NCBI RefSeq assembly: GCF_001194135.2
Contig: NC_068985.1
Location: 68,099,960-68,163,959, forward strand
Length of the DNA: 64,000 nucleotides
Reading direction: 5' to 3'
Source: Octopus bimaculoides
Lineage: Eukaryota
Shown: positions 41,250 to 54,311 of the stretch, in pieces
Layout of the letters: each line of letters opens with the position of its first letter
How positions within the stretch are numbered: the first letter of the stretch is position 1
The notes under the pieces: generated by a model
What the model was told of the DNA's origin: nothing
The model's input: the letters and a program-made list of their open reading frames with translations, nothing else
Databases searched by the model: none
Made by a program: the position numbers and the translations under genes

Positions 41250-41450
41250 ATCCTCATTGTTTTTTAACGTCGGGTCTCCATGCTCACATGGTTTGGATGT
41301 TTTGACAAGGTGCTGGCTAGCAGGGTGCTGTTTGGATTCCAACTGTCTGTTGTGGCATGGTTTCTATGGCTGGATGCCCTTCCTAATGTCAGCCGCTTAA
41401 TAGGGTGTGCCGGGTGCTTTTCACATGTCACTGCACTGGAAATTTTTGAG
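41250..41450 (-). mobile_element. RTE-tail-type SINE/LINE 3' fragment
   Basis: Shares GGCTGGATGCCCTTCCTAATG with 45355-45720 and 47330-47605. Confidence 0.75.
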
Positions 41451-41575
41451 TGGCACTATCACCTGAAAGGACAATATATACATATGTAATTTTATATATA
41501 TATATATATACATATGCATACACACACTTGGGCAAACACTGTCTTTAAAATAGTATGTTTTGCATTGATTCGATA

Positions 41576-41961
41576 TCATTGAATCATATATTCCTTAGCG
41601 TTGATATGGCATAAAGGTGGGAGCAGTGTTGAATGACGAGCGGCATGTGTTGAGTCTCTGAAGACATTTGTTTCACTCTTTAGGTATTCTTTAAGGGAGA
41701 TGAGGTTGCTAGTGCTCTGTATATTACCAAAGTACACTGCAATTATTACTGAAAATATTTTTTGCATATACTGTGAAAGTAACTATTATGTTATGTATGG
41801 TTTACCTTACATTATTCCTGATATTTTAGTACATCCATGATATATATTTGTTTTATTGGAAAATCCCACAGGTTATCCCTGAAAGTCTGGTATCTCCATA
41901 ATGGTTGTGATGGATCTGTATCCTTTTTCTTTATGTTGCTAGAGAAATACTTATTTGCCAT
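41576..41961 (-). CDS. Candidate two-exon reading frame interrupted by a stop codon (possible pseudogene or chance)
   Basis: Exon 41961-41811 (acceptor atttcag, donor gtaagg), a 62-nt intron, then exon 41748-41576 (acceptor ttttcag). Phases are compatible, but a TAA lies at 41814-41812. Confidence 0.2.
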
Positions 41962-42214
41962 CTGAAATTATTAATGAATATAAATGAAGTAATTCTAATT
42001 TTGAAAGAAACTGCTTAATTGATATTATGTAAAAGTTAATGGAGTTAAAGTAAAAGAAATATATGTACCTGGATATTTGTTTTCAGATATTTTTGTCTGA
42101 ATTACAGCTGAAAATGTTTGTCTTTCATTGGGGTGGGTATGTTAAGACAGTTATTGCTTAAGTACAATTTCACTGTTATGTAACTTGTCCTTCCTCTATT
42201 TAAGTCATAATCAC

Positions 42215-42500
42215 TGTTATCATTCAACATTGAGTTTTCATGTTGCAGAGGTTGGACAGTTTGACAGGGGCTGGCAAGACAGAAGACTATGCTAGTCTTC
42301 AATATCTGTTTTGGCATGACTTGTACATTTGGATACTCTTCCTAGCCCCAAACACTTTACTGAGAGTATCAAGTGCTTTTAATGTAACACTAACACAATG
42401 GAATGGTTCCTTTGTCTAGATGCACCTTCTAATGCCAGCCACTTTACAGAGTCTATTGGGTGCTTTTAGTTGGTATCAGCATCAGCTTTTTAGCACAAAA
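42215..42500 (-). mobile_element. Older, CpG-eroded copy of the RTE-tail SINE family
   Basis: Degenerate similarity: GGTTGGACAGTTTGAC...GGATACTCTTCCTA...GATGCACCTTCTAATGCCA. Confidence 0.6.
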
Positions 42501-45354
42501 GTTTTACTTAGCACCATCACCAGTCAGTCTCCAAGTGACTTTCAAGACCAAAACTTCTTAATTGGGGGAGAGGTTATAGTATATTAGACGAATAGAGATG
42601 TCTTGCTGAGAAGGAGATATGTGGTAACCCAGTTAAGAAAGAGAGGCTATAAAGGGAGACAGGGTTAGAGAGGAAGACAGGGAGACATGGTTATTCCATT
42701 TAGGAAAGGAAAGAAAGAGAGATTGGGGGATATAGAGAAATGGAAGTGGAAGTGGTTCTACTAGGGAGGAAGGAATGTTCCAAACAGTGGGTGTATGTTC
42801 ATTATCATCATCATCATTTAACATCCACCTTCCATGCTGGAATATGTGAGATTCTGCTTTCAGGTGGTTACTGCAGTAGCATAAACATAGAAGATGTGAA
42901 TGTTGGAGATGAGATGAGGGTGAAATGTTTGATAGGAGAAAGACAGTGAAGGTCGTACAGGGCCTGGCATATAAAATCATACCAATGTGGTTTTAGGATA
43001 TCATTTCTGCTATGGAATTTTGCTATGATGGATGGGTCTTCTCGAGCATGGCAAAGTGTTAGTTGAATTTTGCATTCTTTCTATTGGAAAAGGAAGTCTT
43101 ATCCATTATAGTTGATTATAATGTGAATTGTTTCTTGTTTATTTCAGCACATAGGTATTTGCCCTATATCTGTGAATATTAATATATTTGTATGATTAGA
43201 GGCTGGCTATCAAAATTTCCTTTCTTTAAGCGAAAGGCAGAGTATAAGAGATTTAATGAAAAGGGATCCTATTTACAGTAATGATAAATCAATGGGAATT
43301 GAATGTGCCCCAATTTAAATGAATACTGTGTGGATTCCATGGACGATTTTTGTTAAAAATGTGAATGGATTAATGTGTATACATTGTTGCTACAAATGAT
43401 GTACAATCATTTGTTAGTTATGTGTCATTGGAAATGAGCAATAATTAAGGACTTCTAAAATATGAAATGGAACACATTGAAAGGATTTTTTTTTCCAGTG
43501 GTTTGACTGAAATAAAGGAAATAAATGTACTTGGAGCAGCAATAAATATCAGGAAATTAGTTTCTTCCTTTTATCTATTTTTGGCTCTGTTGTTATCGTT
43601 AGGATGTATAAGACATCTTCAGCTTCAATGTTTCTCAATGTTGATTCAATGTTGATTATGCATTGTGTTGTTCTTGGGTACTAATTAAAAACAATTATTA
43701 ATTGGCAAAAGTAGGCTTTAAAATTGAATTTGAAAATGGAACAGAAGTAATCAATAACAAATGAAAGAGCAAGGAAGAGAGATGTAAGCAGGAAAATAAC
43801 ACTGAGGTACAATAGAAAGCGTGAGATTTACTTTATTGAAGTCTATTTGCGAAGAGATTTTTGGTTCAGTATTGTAAATCCTGAAAAGATTGTTTTGGTT
43901 ATCTATGCAATGTAATTTTTAAATGTTTGTGATTTTCTATTCTGAATTGTTTAGAAGAATTTGCTGTCCAAGTGACTGAAAACAAACAAGTCATATTTAC
44001 CTGAATTATAAATGTTGTTGGAGTTTATTGTTTTCCATTTTTCCTGAACTGATATTTGGTTTATATATTCTGAAGAATTTCTGATTTCACTGACGATCTT
44101 GTGTAGTGTTGATATCATTGCAGGGCGGTGTAGTTACTGTATCATCCAATATTTATTTTCATGTATAATTTGGTTATACCTTTGTGAAGACAATAAGTGA
44201 AGAATAGGAGACATTGTAAACAGAAAAGCAGAAAAAATAACTTTATGAATGCAATTGTCTGTTCTTCTATGCCAACATTGTAATGTCATTTAGGAGAATT
44301 ATATATATTTGCTGATGCCTATGTCTGTAATCTATATCAATATGATAATTGTTTAAAGAGAACAAATGGAAAACTCATTTAATAAATAGTTGTCTTAGGT
44401 TGTATTGATAATTTGATGTGTATGCTATGTGATATCCTTACCTGTGACTTACAGTTGATGTGCTATAATTTGGTTTTTGATTGTTAGACAATACTTGAAA
44501 GTAAAAAGGCGAATGCGCAAATGTAGTGGGAAGTGAAAATTGGTTATATTAAGACTGGCAATGTGATGAATGAAGAATATTTACTGTGCAATATCAGTAG
44601 TCTTTTGCTTTTTGGATACATTTCACTATAACTGATTGGTATCTTGGGAATCTTTGAGATGTTGTATTTTATGGAAAACATGATGATATATAATTATCGA
44701 ATGTAAATTTAACATGTACAGAGTGGTTGTCAAAAAAATATAATAATAAATTGAAATATGGAAATGTAAGAAATGAAGGATACTTACTTGAATAAAGTCA
44801 AATATCTCATATGTTATGATAGAAAACTCATCTGTTGTTCTTGGCAGCAATGTGTTTAGACGTTAGTATTTTGTTGCATAGGAATATGCAAAAAATAAGG
44901 AATGCACAAAAAAGACTAAACTAACTTTTGTTGTGCAACTATGGTGGATGATGTGTTAGAACATAATATCTGCTGCTCCTTATAATGGTGGGTATTTATC
45001 TCCCTGCAATCAATATAAGCAATGGTACGTTTTGCACCAAAATGCTTATATGAGAGTTTCTCTCATAGCAACTACCACAGTCATGTTTGTTCTAATAGAA
45101 CATTCACGTTTAAGTGGGGATAAATATTATCTCTTGGTATTAACATTGCCTCTATCACTATTATTTTTTAACCAGCTAATTGAATAATCATGACACCAGT
45201 GCCTGTTCTTGCACTGTCAATTTATATATCACTGGTGGGTTGATGAATTGCTGTTGCTTCGAGTAGCCGAGTGTTCATCATTGATAAAGTTAATCAAGGT
45301 TGAAATCATGTGAACTGGTGATCTCAGTGCTGGAAATAGTAGGGATTTAACTCC

Positions 45355-45720
45355 ATCATCATCACTTAACATTTGTTGATGCTGGCATAGGCTGGACGGT
45401 TTGACTGGACTGGCATGCTGGAAGGCTACACCAGACTCCAGTCTGATTTGGCATGGTTTTCTATGGCTGGATGCTCTCCCTAATGCCAAACACCCCAAGC
45501 GTGTAATGGGTGTGTTTATGTGCCACTGGCACGGGTGCCATTTGTGTGATGCTGGGATGCATTTATATACCACGGGCATGGGTTCCAATTTCTGTGACAT
45601 CAGTATCTGCAATGACTGTAATTTTACTTGGCTAGATGGCTCTTCTCAAGTACAACATAATGACAAAGTTCTTGGTCATTGCTTCCATGTTAGCAAAATA
45701 AACAAGAGTGCATGTTGCAC
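45355..45720 (-). mobile_element. RTE-tail SINE family copy
   Basis: (CAT)n start, GGACGGTTTGACTGG...GGCTGGATGCTCTCCCTAATGCCA...GTGCCACTGGCACG. Confidence 0.8.
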
Positions 45721-45958
45721 CAAAAAGCCAATACAAGACTTTCTCCATGGTAACTACTGCAATAAAATTTGTTTTAATAAAACATCCACATTAAAGTAGG
45801 GATGAATATTACCTGTACATTAACTTTCAAAGAAAGAGAAGATCAGAACATAAGGTGTATTGTCTAATTTTTAAATCCACCATTGGATTTATCAAAAATA
45901 TTAATGATGCTGGAAAGAATGAAGAAAACCTAACTTATGAAGACTATTGTTGAATGAA

Positions 45959-46178
45959 CATGAGGGTGCTGAAAAGTTTCTGGCTTTAAGGGTGTCGCAA
46001 AAGGCCTGGTTAGAGGCCCAAACTTCCAAGTTCTTTGACAGGGCTTAGATAAACTGAAGGAATGCTTCAATAACATGTATAAATCTGAGAGAGGAATATG
46101 TTGAATAAAATCATAATTAACTGATCCTACTGCATTTACTTTTACCCAAAAGCCAAGAACTTTTCAACACCCCTTGTA
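45959..46178. mobile_element. Mariner-derived MITE (~220 bp)
   Basis: TIRs GAGGGTGCTGAAAAGTTTCTGGCTTT and AAAGCCAAGAACTTTTCAACACCCCTTG-TA. The interior holds the transposase C-terminus (...NLRGEYVE*-like). Confidence 0.85.
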
Positions 46179-46441
46179 GATATGAATGTATGAGTCACTA
46201 AAGAGAGAATAAATACAAAAGTATATGAGGATTAACAAGGAATGCAGAATACTTATCATATGATGGAAATCTATAATGTCCCATCAATGTTGATGTGTAG
46301 GAAAGCAGAACTTGCTGCTGCATCTAAAGGTACAATGATATACAGATTTGATAACCCACACTAAATAACATCATTAGTCATGACAGATTGTGTAATGAAT
46401 AATGATGTAGAATGTCAAAACAGAAACTTCTATCAAAAAGC

Positions 46442-46674
46442 AGCGAGCTGGCAGAAACACTAGCATGCCAGGAGAAATGCTTAGCGGTATTTTGTCTACC
46501 GCTACGTTCTGAGTTCAAATTCCGCCGAGGTCAACTTTACCCCTCATCCTTTCGGAGTCAATTAGATAAGTACCAGTTACGCACTGGGGTCGATATAATC
46601 GACTTAATCCGTTTGTCTGTCCTTGATTGTCCCGTCTGTTTGTAGCCCCTTCTGGGCAGTAAAGAAATAAGAAA
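46442..46674 (+). mobile_element. Full-length tRNA-derived SINE
   Basis: A-box-like TGGCAGAAACACTAGC, B-box GAGTTCAAATTCC and tail AGTAAAGAAATAAGAAA. A decayed fragment of the family is at ~16790-16860. Confidence 0.85.
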
Positions 46675-47329
46675 CTTCTATCAATTAGTAAATATGTTTA
46701 AATGTTTCCTACTTTTGATTTGTAAGTCATGGGATATCCAAAATTACAATTTATGTGTGATTTCTAAATGTCTTTTCTTATTATTATAATATCTCACAGT
46801 TGAAAGAAAGGGGGCATTTCCAATGTTGTTGGAAAATTGAAATTTCCAAATTAAGCTCAGAAATCACAAATCAATAACTACTGAATGAATTGACAGCTGT
46901 TAATGAAGTTGATATTTGTTTATCTTTTCAATCAGAAGGCAAATACTTATGACATTTTACAGGCCCTCCATGATTAGTGGGACAGGTGGAGGGAAATATC
47001 CTCTAATAGTTACTGTGTAGAAGAGAAGCAGGAAATGATTTTCAAAACTATGTGTGATATTTATTGAAGCAGTTTTCATACTTTATAAAGTTAGTATTTT
47101 AAGGAGCAGAAACATAAATATATTGATAAATGGGCAATGAATGGAAAAGGTTTAGATTATAGAAAATATATATAATCGTGTCCATTGTTTAGTAGATGAT
47201 TGTTGTTGACTATAAGTTTAACATTGTATTGATTGGTTAATAGTCTACATAATTAGCAAATGAAAACTTCCTTGAAACAATACTTGTCCTTGAAAGTTAC
47301 TTGATTGTTTTGTTTCTAATGTTAGGCAT

Positions 47330-47605
47330 CATGGACTGGCTCCTGTGCAGGTGGCACGTAAAATGCACCATTTCGAGCGTGACTGTCGCCACTACTGCCT
47401 GACTGGACCTCGTGCCGGTGGCACGTAAAAGCACTCACTACATTCTAGGAGTGACTGGCATTAGGAAGGGCATCCAGCTGTAGAAACTCTGCCAAATCAG
47501 ATTGGAGCCTGGTGTCGCCTCCTGGTCCACCAGTCCTCAGTCAAATCGTCCAACCCATGGAAAGCGGATGTTAAACAACGATGATGATGATGATGATGAT
47601 GATGA
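47330..47605 (+). mobile_element. RTE-tail SINE family copy with (GAT)n tail
   Basis: GGTGGCACGTAAAA twice, GGCATTAGGAAGGGCATCCAGCTGTAGAAAC and a (GAT)8 tail. Confidence 0.87.
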
Positions 47606-50568
47606 AGAGTAATTTGTAAACACAGATGGAAAAGTGAAAATATTGATTACAGAATGTTAAGTATAAAAAGTTGAATTAAGAAAATATATTTAAAATTAAA
47701 ATTGATATGGAGGAAATGAATAACAATTACCGAATGATAAAATCCATGGTACTTGATGCCCAAATCCCTTCTGCTACAAATGTATGGCAGCATTCACATT
47801 AAATTAATAAATACCATGTCCCTCAGTTTGTATTCTGTATTTAAGTTGTGGGAGGTTAATTTTATAGAATAATAAAGAGGTGCAAAGTAATTTTTGAAAT
47901 AGTAAATAAAAATGAATGATGAAAGAATCAAGTATATTTACTATAAGATGGCAATCATCTCACTCTTACCCCTTTTCACTGATGATGTGTATAAACACAA
48001 TAATTTCTGTTGCTTAGGCTGTAATCTCTACTGATGTTATTATGTAAAAGAAGATATACAAAGATACATAAGTTTAAATTAGTGGAAATGAAGAAAAATA
48101 TGAAATTAATGAGACAATGAATGAAGAATATATATATACCTCATAATGAAATTTCTAATTCGTGGTAATTGATGTTCTAATCCTTTAGCTACATTTTTAT
48201 TTTAATATTAAGATGTTTGTGAGTTTGTACTATGTTAACTTGTTCAGGAAACAGCACATGCAAGTTTGATTCCCACCGATGAGTATTACCGTTTTCCTGT
48301 CTCCAGAGGTTTATAAACCGAACATGTATTGTTAAACTTGTGTTATAACAGCTTACAATAAGCTACACTACTTTCAAATTTCCACACTTTTTAAATGATT
48401 ATTTTGTTGTTTCCATATTTTATAACTTGTGTATAAATAATGCAAAATCCAATGTGTTGATAGATACTGTTTGCTGTTGCATACATTTGGAATTTGTATT
48501 GTTTGCATTGCCAGAAGACTTTCTAAATGAGAACTTACTTGTAAACAACATTCTTTGTGATATGTTTCTCATTTGTTATATATATACATACATATTCAAT
48601 CCTCTGGACACTCTTGAGAAGGCAACATAGTTGTACATGTGTGAATATGAGCTTAGGTAAATATAATGCAAACTTTTCAAATTTTGTCCTTGTTATTTAT
48701 TGTCATTGCCATTGCTAATTTAATACGAAGCTGTTGTGTAATTCACATAAATAGTAACTGTTCACCTACTGAAAAAAGGGTAACTCTTGGTATAAGAGTT
48801 CTTTGTTGTGGACCTTTAGTTATAATTTTTACCTTAATGACTTTCTGTTGAATGTCTTATTCTAAATGAGTAAAATTACTCATGCCATTAGTTTGGTCAA
48901 TTTGTACATAGATTAATTACAGCATTAGTCGTTTAATTTTAATATTGTGATGGAAAGCCTGAACTGTTTGGGGCATTTAAGTGCTCTGTATTGAATTCTT
49001 AAGGGTCATCCTGATGTGAACCTTGATTCCTGCATGTCTTCCAGTAGTGGTGAAGGCAGACCTCAGGATTCTGAGCTTAAAGGATGACAGGAACCAGATC
49101 ATGACCTTTTACTCAGAGTTAGAAGTCTTTGTCATTGTACTGTTTCCTTATTTACATCTGGAAAATTGCATGTTTGGTTATATAGAAATATGTTTCTCTT
49201 CTAGAACAACCATTGAAAAATCTTGTGTATTTACAATGTCTAAATATTCTACACTGATATTTTGAAAGAGAGTTGCCAATTCATTATGACATAGCATCAT
49301 AACTTATAATGATATTATCAAGTGTATAGCTACTCTGTTGACTAATGTCATTCAGTGATGTAGTTGATACTCTGTATTGTAAATATAGCTCCACATTATG
49401 GCTCCTTATCTGAGGAGACAAGTAAATGTGAAGGTAATTGATAGAAGACCTGACCATATATTGCATATATATAAACACCTAATTGATTGTAAGTTTTGTT
49501 TTTAGTGTTTGTTATATCAGAGGATGTGAAAGCTTATGAACCATGATATTAGACCTAAATAGGACACCTTCAATAGTCAGAGTTAAGAGTTCTTTAAGCT
49601 GAGCTGGTGGCTGTGGGATGGGCAGAAGTGAAACTTAACCCTCCCCCACAACAAAAATAGAACAAAGCAGAAATTCTTCGATTTAATCTTATGAATGCAC
49701 CACATTTACAACATTTCTCATTCATTTTTCTCCATGCAGTTTATTTCTATGTCATCTTTAAGGTTCTCAGTTTTCTCATCTTTTCCTCACAAAGTCTACT
49801 CTTTTCCTGCTTGCTTGTTGTGTCTGTGCTTCTTCAATTTTCCTATATTGAAGCCTGCCTTGTTCTATCATCATGCTGTAAATTTAATCTTTGTGCAGTA
49901 GTAATTGATGAGTGCTGTGTATGCCATTGTTTATTGTAAAGCTGTCTCTTTTCAATTATATTTCCATTTTTACCCCTTTGAGTGAATGTTATTTCACACT
50001 CTTCGATTATAATGGAAGTAGTTTCCTAGAACATATTTAGAGAAAGTATAAAAGCTTTTGGGGAAAAATTTGAGAAATTTTTTTTCTATCAGAAACTAAT
50101 TAAAATTAAGAGAAATAAAGCTGTACATTTTTGATTCTTAATTGAAGTAATGGTATTCATTTTGTTTGCATTTAAAATTACAGTTTACCCTTAAATTCAA
50201 ACAAAACAAAACCACATTCAATATTCAAAAAGTGGAAAAAAAATAAATCCACCACTGCCAGAATTAATGAATTATAATTTTCACATTTCAAATGGGAAGG
50301 AGACATAAGCATATACTGGGAGAACAGCTGCAATTTTAAACCTATTAAATTATTAGAAAAGTGGGTCCACATTTTCTTTAAATACACTTCGTATTCATTA
50401 GCATTATTGTTAAAAAATTAAAACTGAAAGAATACTCTTAGTAAATATTGAAATATGCTTGTACATTTTGAATGAAATATATNNNNNNNNNNNNNNNNNN
50501 NNNNNNNNNNNNNNNNNNNNNNNNNNNNNNNNNNNNNNNNNNNNNNNNNNNNNNNNNNNNNNNNNNNN

Positions 50569-50606
<38 letters not shown>

Positions 50607-51189
50607 AACCCAGCTGCAGCTGAATACCCTGTAACTGTAATCAGTTTCAATAAGTAGGAAAAACCTTCAAACACTAATGATCCTTTTTGTTTAAATCTTA
50701 AATCTCATCAATTTTTTCTGAGATCACTGCATTCTTTAACGTTCTAGCTATCATAATATTATTTCAATTCTATTACAGCAACATATAGAAGCTATCATGA
50801 AGAGATCTTTGTTAGCATTACTCTGAGAGAGTACTATGAGAGGTCCCTGCAGAAGGATCTGCATGATTACTGAAATTTATCATAATAACAAAAGGGGTGG
50901 TGGTGATCGGCAGGAGCTGCCAGAAATGAATAATGTTGTTAAGGTACCCACGTGGCCCACATAAGGGAGTGGATGGTTTGTAAGGATGTGTGGGTGGGTG
51001 AATAAATGATGGTGGTGGTGTCGACACACTGCAAAATGAGTAGGGTTGAGCCGAGAGCTAGAGATGAAAGAAGGACATAGAAGGGGCGGGCGGTGAGCAC
51101 ACTGCTGCTGGTAGTAGAGAGGAAACATAATATATGAGGGGAGAGAGCCACTGTAAAGGTGGTGGAGCACCCAGAAACACAGCACTACC

Positions 51190-51330
51190 AGATGTTAAAC
51201 TTTCTGACTGAATAGGTTGAATCCGTTTGAGAACTTCATGTTACAAGTGATCCATTAAAATCAAAATCTTGAGGTGAGCCTTCATCACTTCATCTAATGT
51301 CTTCCAGTAAGGTGTGATTTAAATTAGATG
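51190..51330 (-). mobile_element. Short RTE LINE 3' fragment
   Basis: Minus frame WKTLDEVMKAHLKIL resembles the RTE C-terminal RKTWxEVVxxDL motif. Confidence 0.4.
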
Positions 51331-53093
51331 TAGCTGCCATTTCTAGCATGCTGAGCGACCATATAGAGAGCTTATTCATTGATGATGTTTGTCGCATGGA
51401 TGAGGACTGACGTTGTCATTTGAACAGTTTTTAAAATTCATTGTAAAAAATATTTTTTAAATTTCAAGTTAAGTTGATATGTTTCACTAAAACCGTCACA
51501 TATTAGTCGTCGTTAAGGCCCAGCCCCTCTTCCGAGAAACATACATTTATTGTGAAGCATGGTTAAATGGTTTTGAATGTCAGGTTCGTTCTATAAATTT
51601 ACCGATATTTAATAGCAATGTATGTATGTTATTTTACTACGTATATTGAAAAGGAAAATAATAAAAATTAGAATTACCTTGTTAAAAGCAATGAAATATC
51701 ACTTCAGTAGAACGATGGCAAGACGTGGAACATGGAGTCTTGAACGTCAACACTGGAAAATATAAGCAGAGCTACAGGATGAAATGCAAATTTGATAAAA
51801 GAACGTGTATTTATGAAGCGATGAAAAAGTGCTGCCTACACTGAAGAAACTGCACCAACGATGGTGCAAAGTTGCACACCCAACAATGTGCAGTCACTGC
51901 AGTAGAAACACATGTAGGTCCAGAGAATATGCCGTAAATAACTGTCAAATAAAATTTATGTATGTGAAAACTCATCATTCTCCTTATCTACGGAACACGT
52001 AGTCCTGAACAAGACACCCGGTATTACCCAACGTGAGTGAGTACTAGAGCCTAACAACTCATTGTTTGCTCGAATACTACATACGGACCGTTGTGATTAG
52101 CCGGAATCTGAAAACCATTTGAGAGTAAATACGGTACCCACCGTATGTTGAAGTTAATATGGTCGTTCGTTATTTTTGTATAAGTTTATCTCTAAAGTTT
52201 TCATCAGAATAGTAGCATTTAAACTGTTTTGCATAGCCCTAGTTGATACAATTTGAGACGGTTTTTAATTGAATAGGTTGCATCTTTGAGCTCAGAGCAT
52301 TTTTGCACAGTTAAGTCTCAATTATAAAATGTGGTATTCACATTTTAGAAGAGCGTACGTTGCTACCTCTAGCAGGTCCCTCAACTACTAATGCCGAAAA
52401 TTTGAAACTTAGCTTAAATGAATTTCTATTGCGCAAATGATTTTTAACGGTGGCTAATAATGAATTTATAAAGCTAGGAAATATTTTGCCATGATAGATT
52501 TAACGCTTCGAAATAATTACAAGATGCTTAATATGATCCTTACGGTCCTAGCTTCAATAGCATTATAATATCAGGTTTCTAATATATGGAAGGATTCAAA
52601 AATTGACGACAACCTAGAGATAATACTCACGTTCAAAATGACTACAAGCTCGCAATTATTAGCGAGTGAGCTCAATCTGTATTATAATATTTAATCATTT
52701 AATTTCATTTGCTCTACAGTTTATCATTATTTGTATGTAAGATGTCGGTTACATCAATGAAACTTACATTGTTGAAGTTAGAATAATCGTTAATTCCGGG
52801 CTGAAATTATTGAACCTTATTCATTCAATTTTCCTAATTATGTGTTCAGTGACTTGCTTTTATGGGGTCAAATAACAATTACTTCTTCATACATATTCGT
52901 CCTCTTAAAGAGTAGCAGGCATACTGCTCTGACAATATACATCGATACAATTCCATAAACGGTTTCGTACTTTGGAATTGTTTAACTATGGAAGGTCTTA
53001 CGTAATGGATGCATTTCCTATGATATATAATGCAAACTTGAAATACATCTATAAAATGTTTCCAAAATATCAGTTTGGTTTGACTTTATTATG

Positions 53094-53133
<40 letters not shown>

Positions 53134-54154
53134 AGCAAAATAGCTGGTTATAAAATCTCAAGAAGAGATAGAGTAGTAACGAATACTAAACATTAAAGCG
53201 AGTAAGCCACATCAAAGTGACAGATGAATGTTATTACTAGTTTAACCCCAGGCAGATCCTCCGCCAGCTGGTTTTCGGTACAAGCTCTGCACCCTTTATG
53301 TACAAAACTACTAACCTCCAACAGCTGATAGGATCGCGGGACCGGCTGGTTTCGAGCTATTTGGCTCATGTCAGGCGAACGCGCCCGTGCAGTAGAGTGT
53401 AGATAAGATCAGCCTCTGCCAGTGGTATACTGTAAATAAAGTGACCATCAGTCACTGATTTGCAACAGGCAAATTAGCGAGTTATAAATGCTCAAGAAGA
53501 GAAAGAGTAGGATTTCTAGGCCGTGTAAATAATCTTGGAAAGTTGGGTCTCCAGCCAGTCCTTTCGAGATACCCTTAAAGCCAGGAACTTTTCTGCACCT
53601 CCTCCTGTATCTATAATACATTAAAAGTCGGCTTCAATCTTGCTTCTTTGCTTGCAATGTTACACAGCCAACCTGGCGCATAATGGGAAATTACTATTAA
53701 TTGTCTCCTTGAAATGTAAACACGAACGGAGTAAAACAATTTTTGCGTAAATCGGACAAATGGTTGTGTAGATGTTAGTGCAATAAAGGACCCGGAATAC
53801 CAGCTACGTGGTAGCAGGGCGTACAATAAATAGCAGCCAAATCTTACATTCTCTGGGGAAAAGAGCCGTTTACGCGTGATTTCGATGTCATATTCGTCGA
53901 AACAACATGGAGTAACCTGGAAGAGAAAGAAAAACGTCTCGAATCACAGCTCCGTGGGTGGGAAACTCAGATTAAATCACCGCTTATTCAACTTATTCCA
54001 ATCTTATCGTTCTTCATCCCCGTTATACATGTACGTACATATCTATATCAATATATATCTATCTATCTGTCTGTCTATCTATCGCGTTAAACTAATACAC
54101 CTGTTTGTTGTTTATACACGTCTCTTCGTCTTTTGTTTTTCTGTAAGTTTCAAC

Positions 54155-54311
<157 letters not shown>

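Noticed and set aside
48666-48851. ORF MQTFQILSLLFIVIAIANLIRSCC... as a secreted peptide
   Set aside because: Hydrophobic N-termini arise readily in T-rich DNA, and there is no recognisable family or supporting gene structure.
50781-50873. Plus-strand terminal-exon candidate TYRSYHEEIFVSITLREYYERSLQKDLHDY*
   Set aside because: The acceptor is reasonable, but the peptide is unrecognised and it conflicts with the minus-strand candidates. It is left unresolved rather than called.
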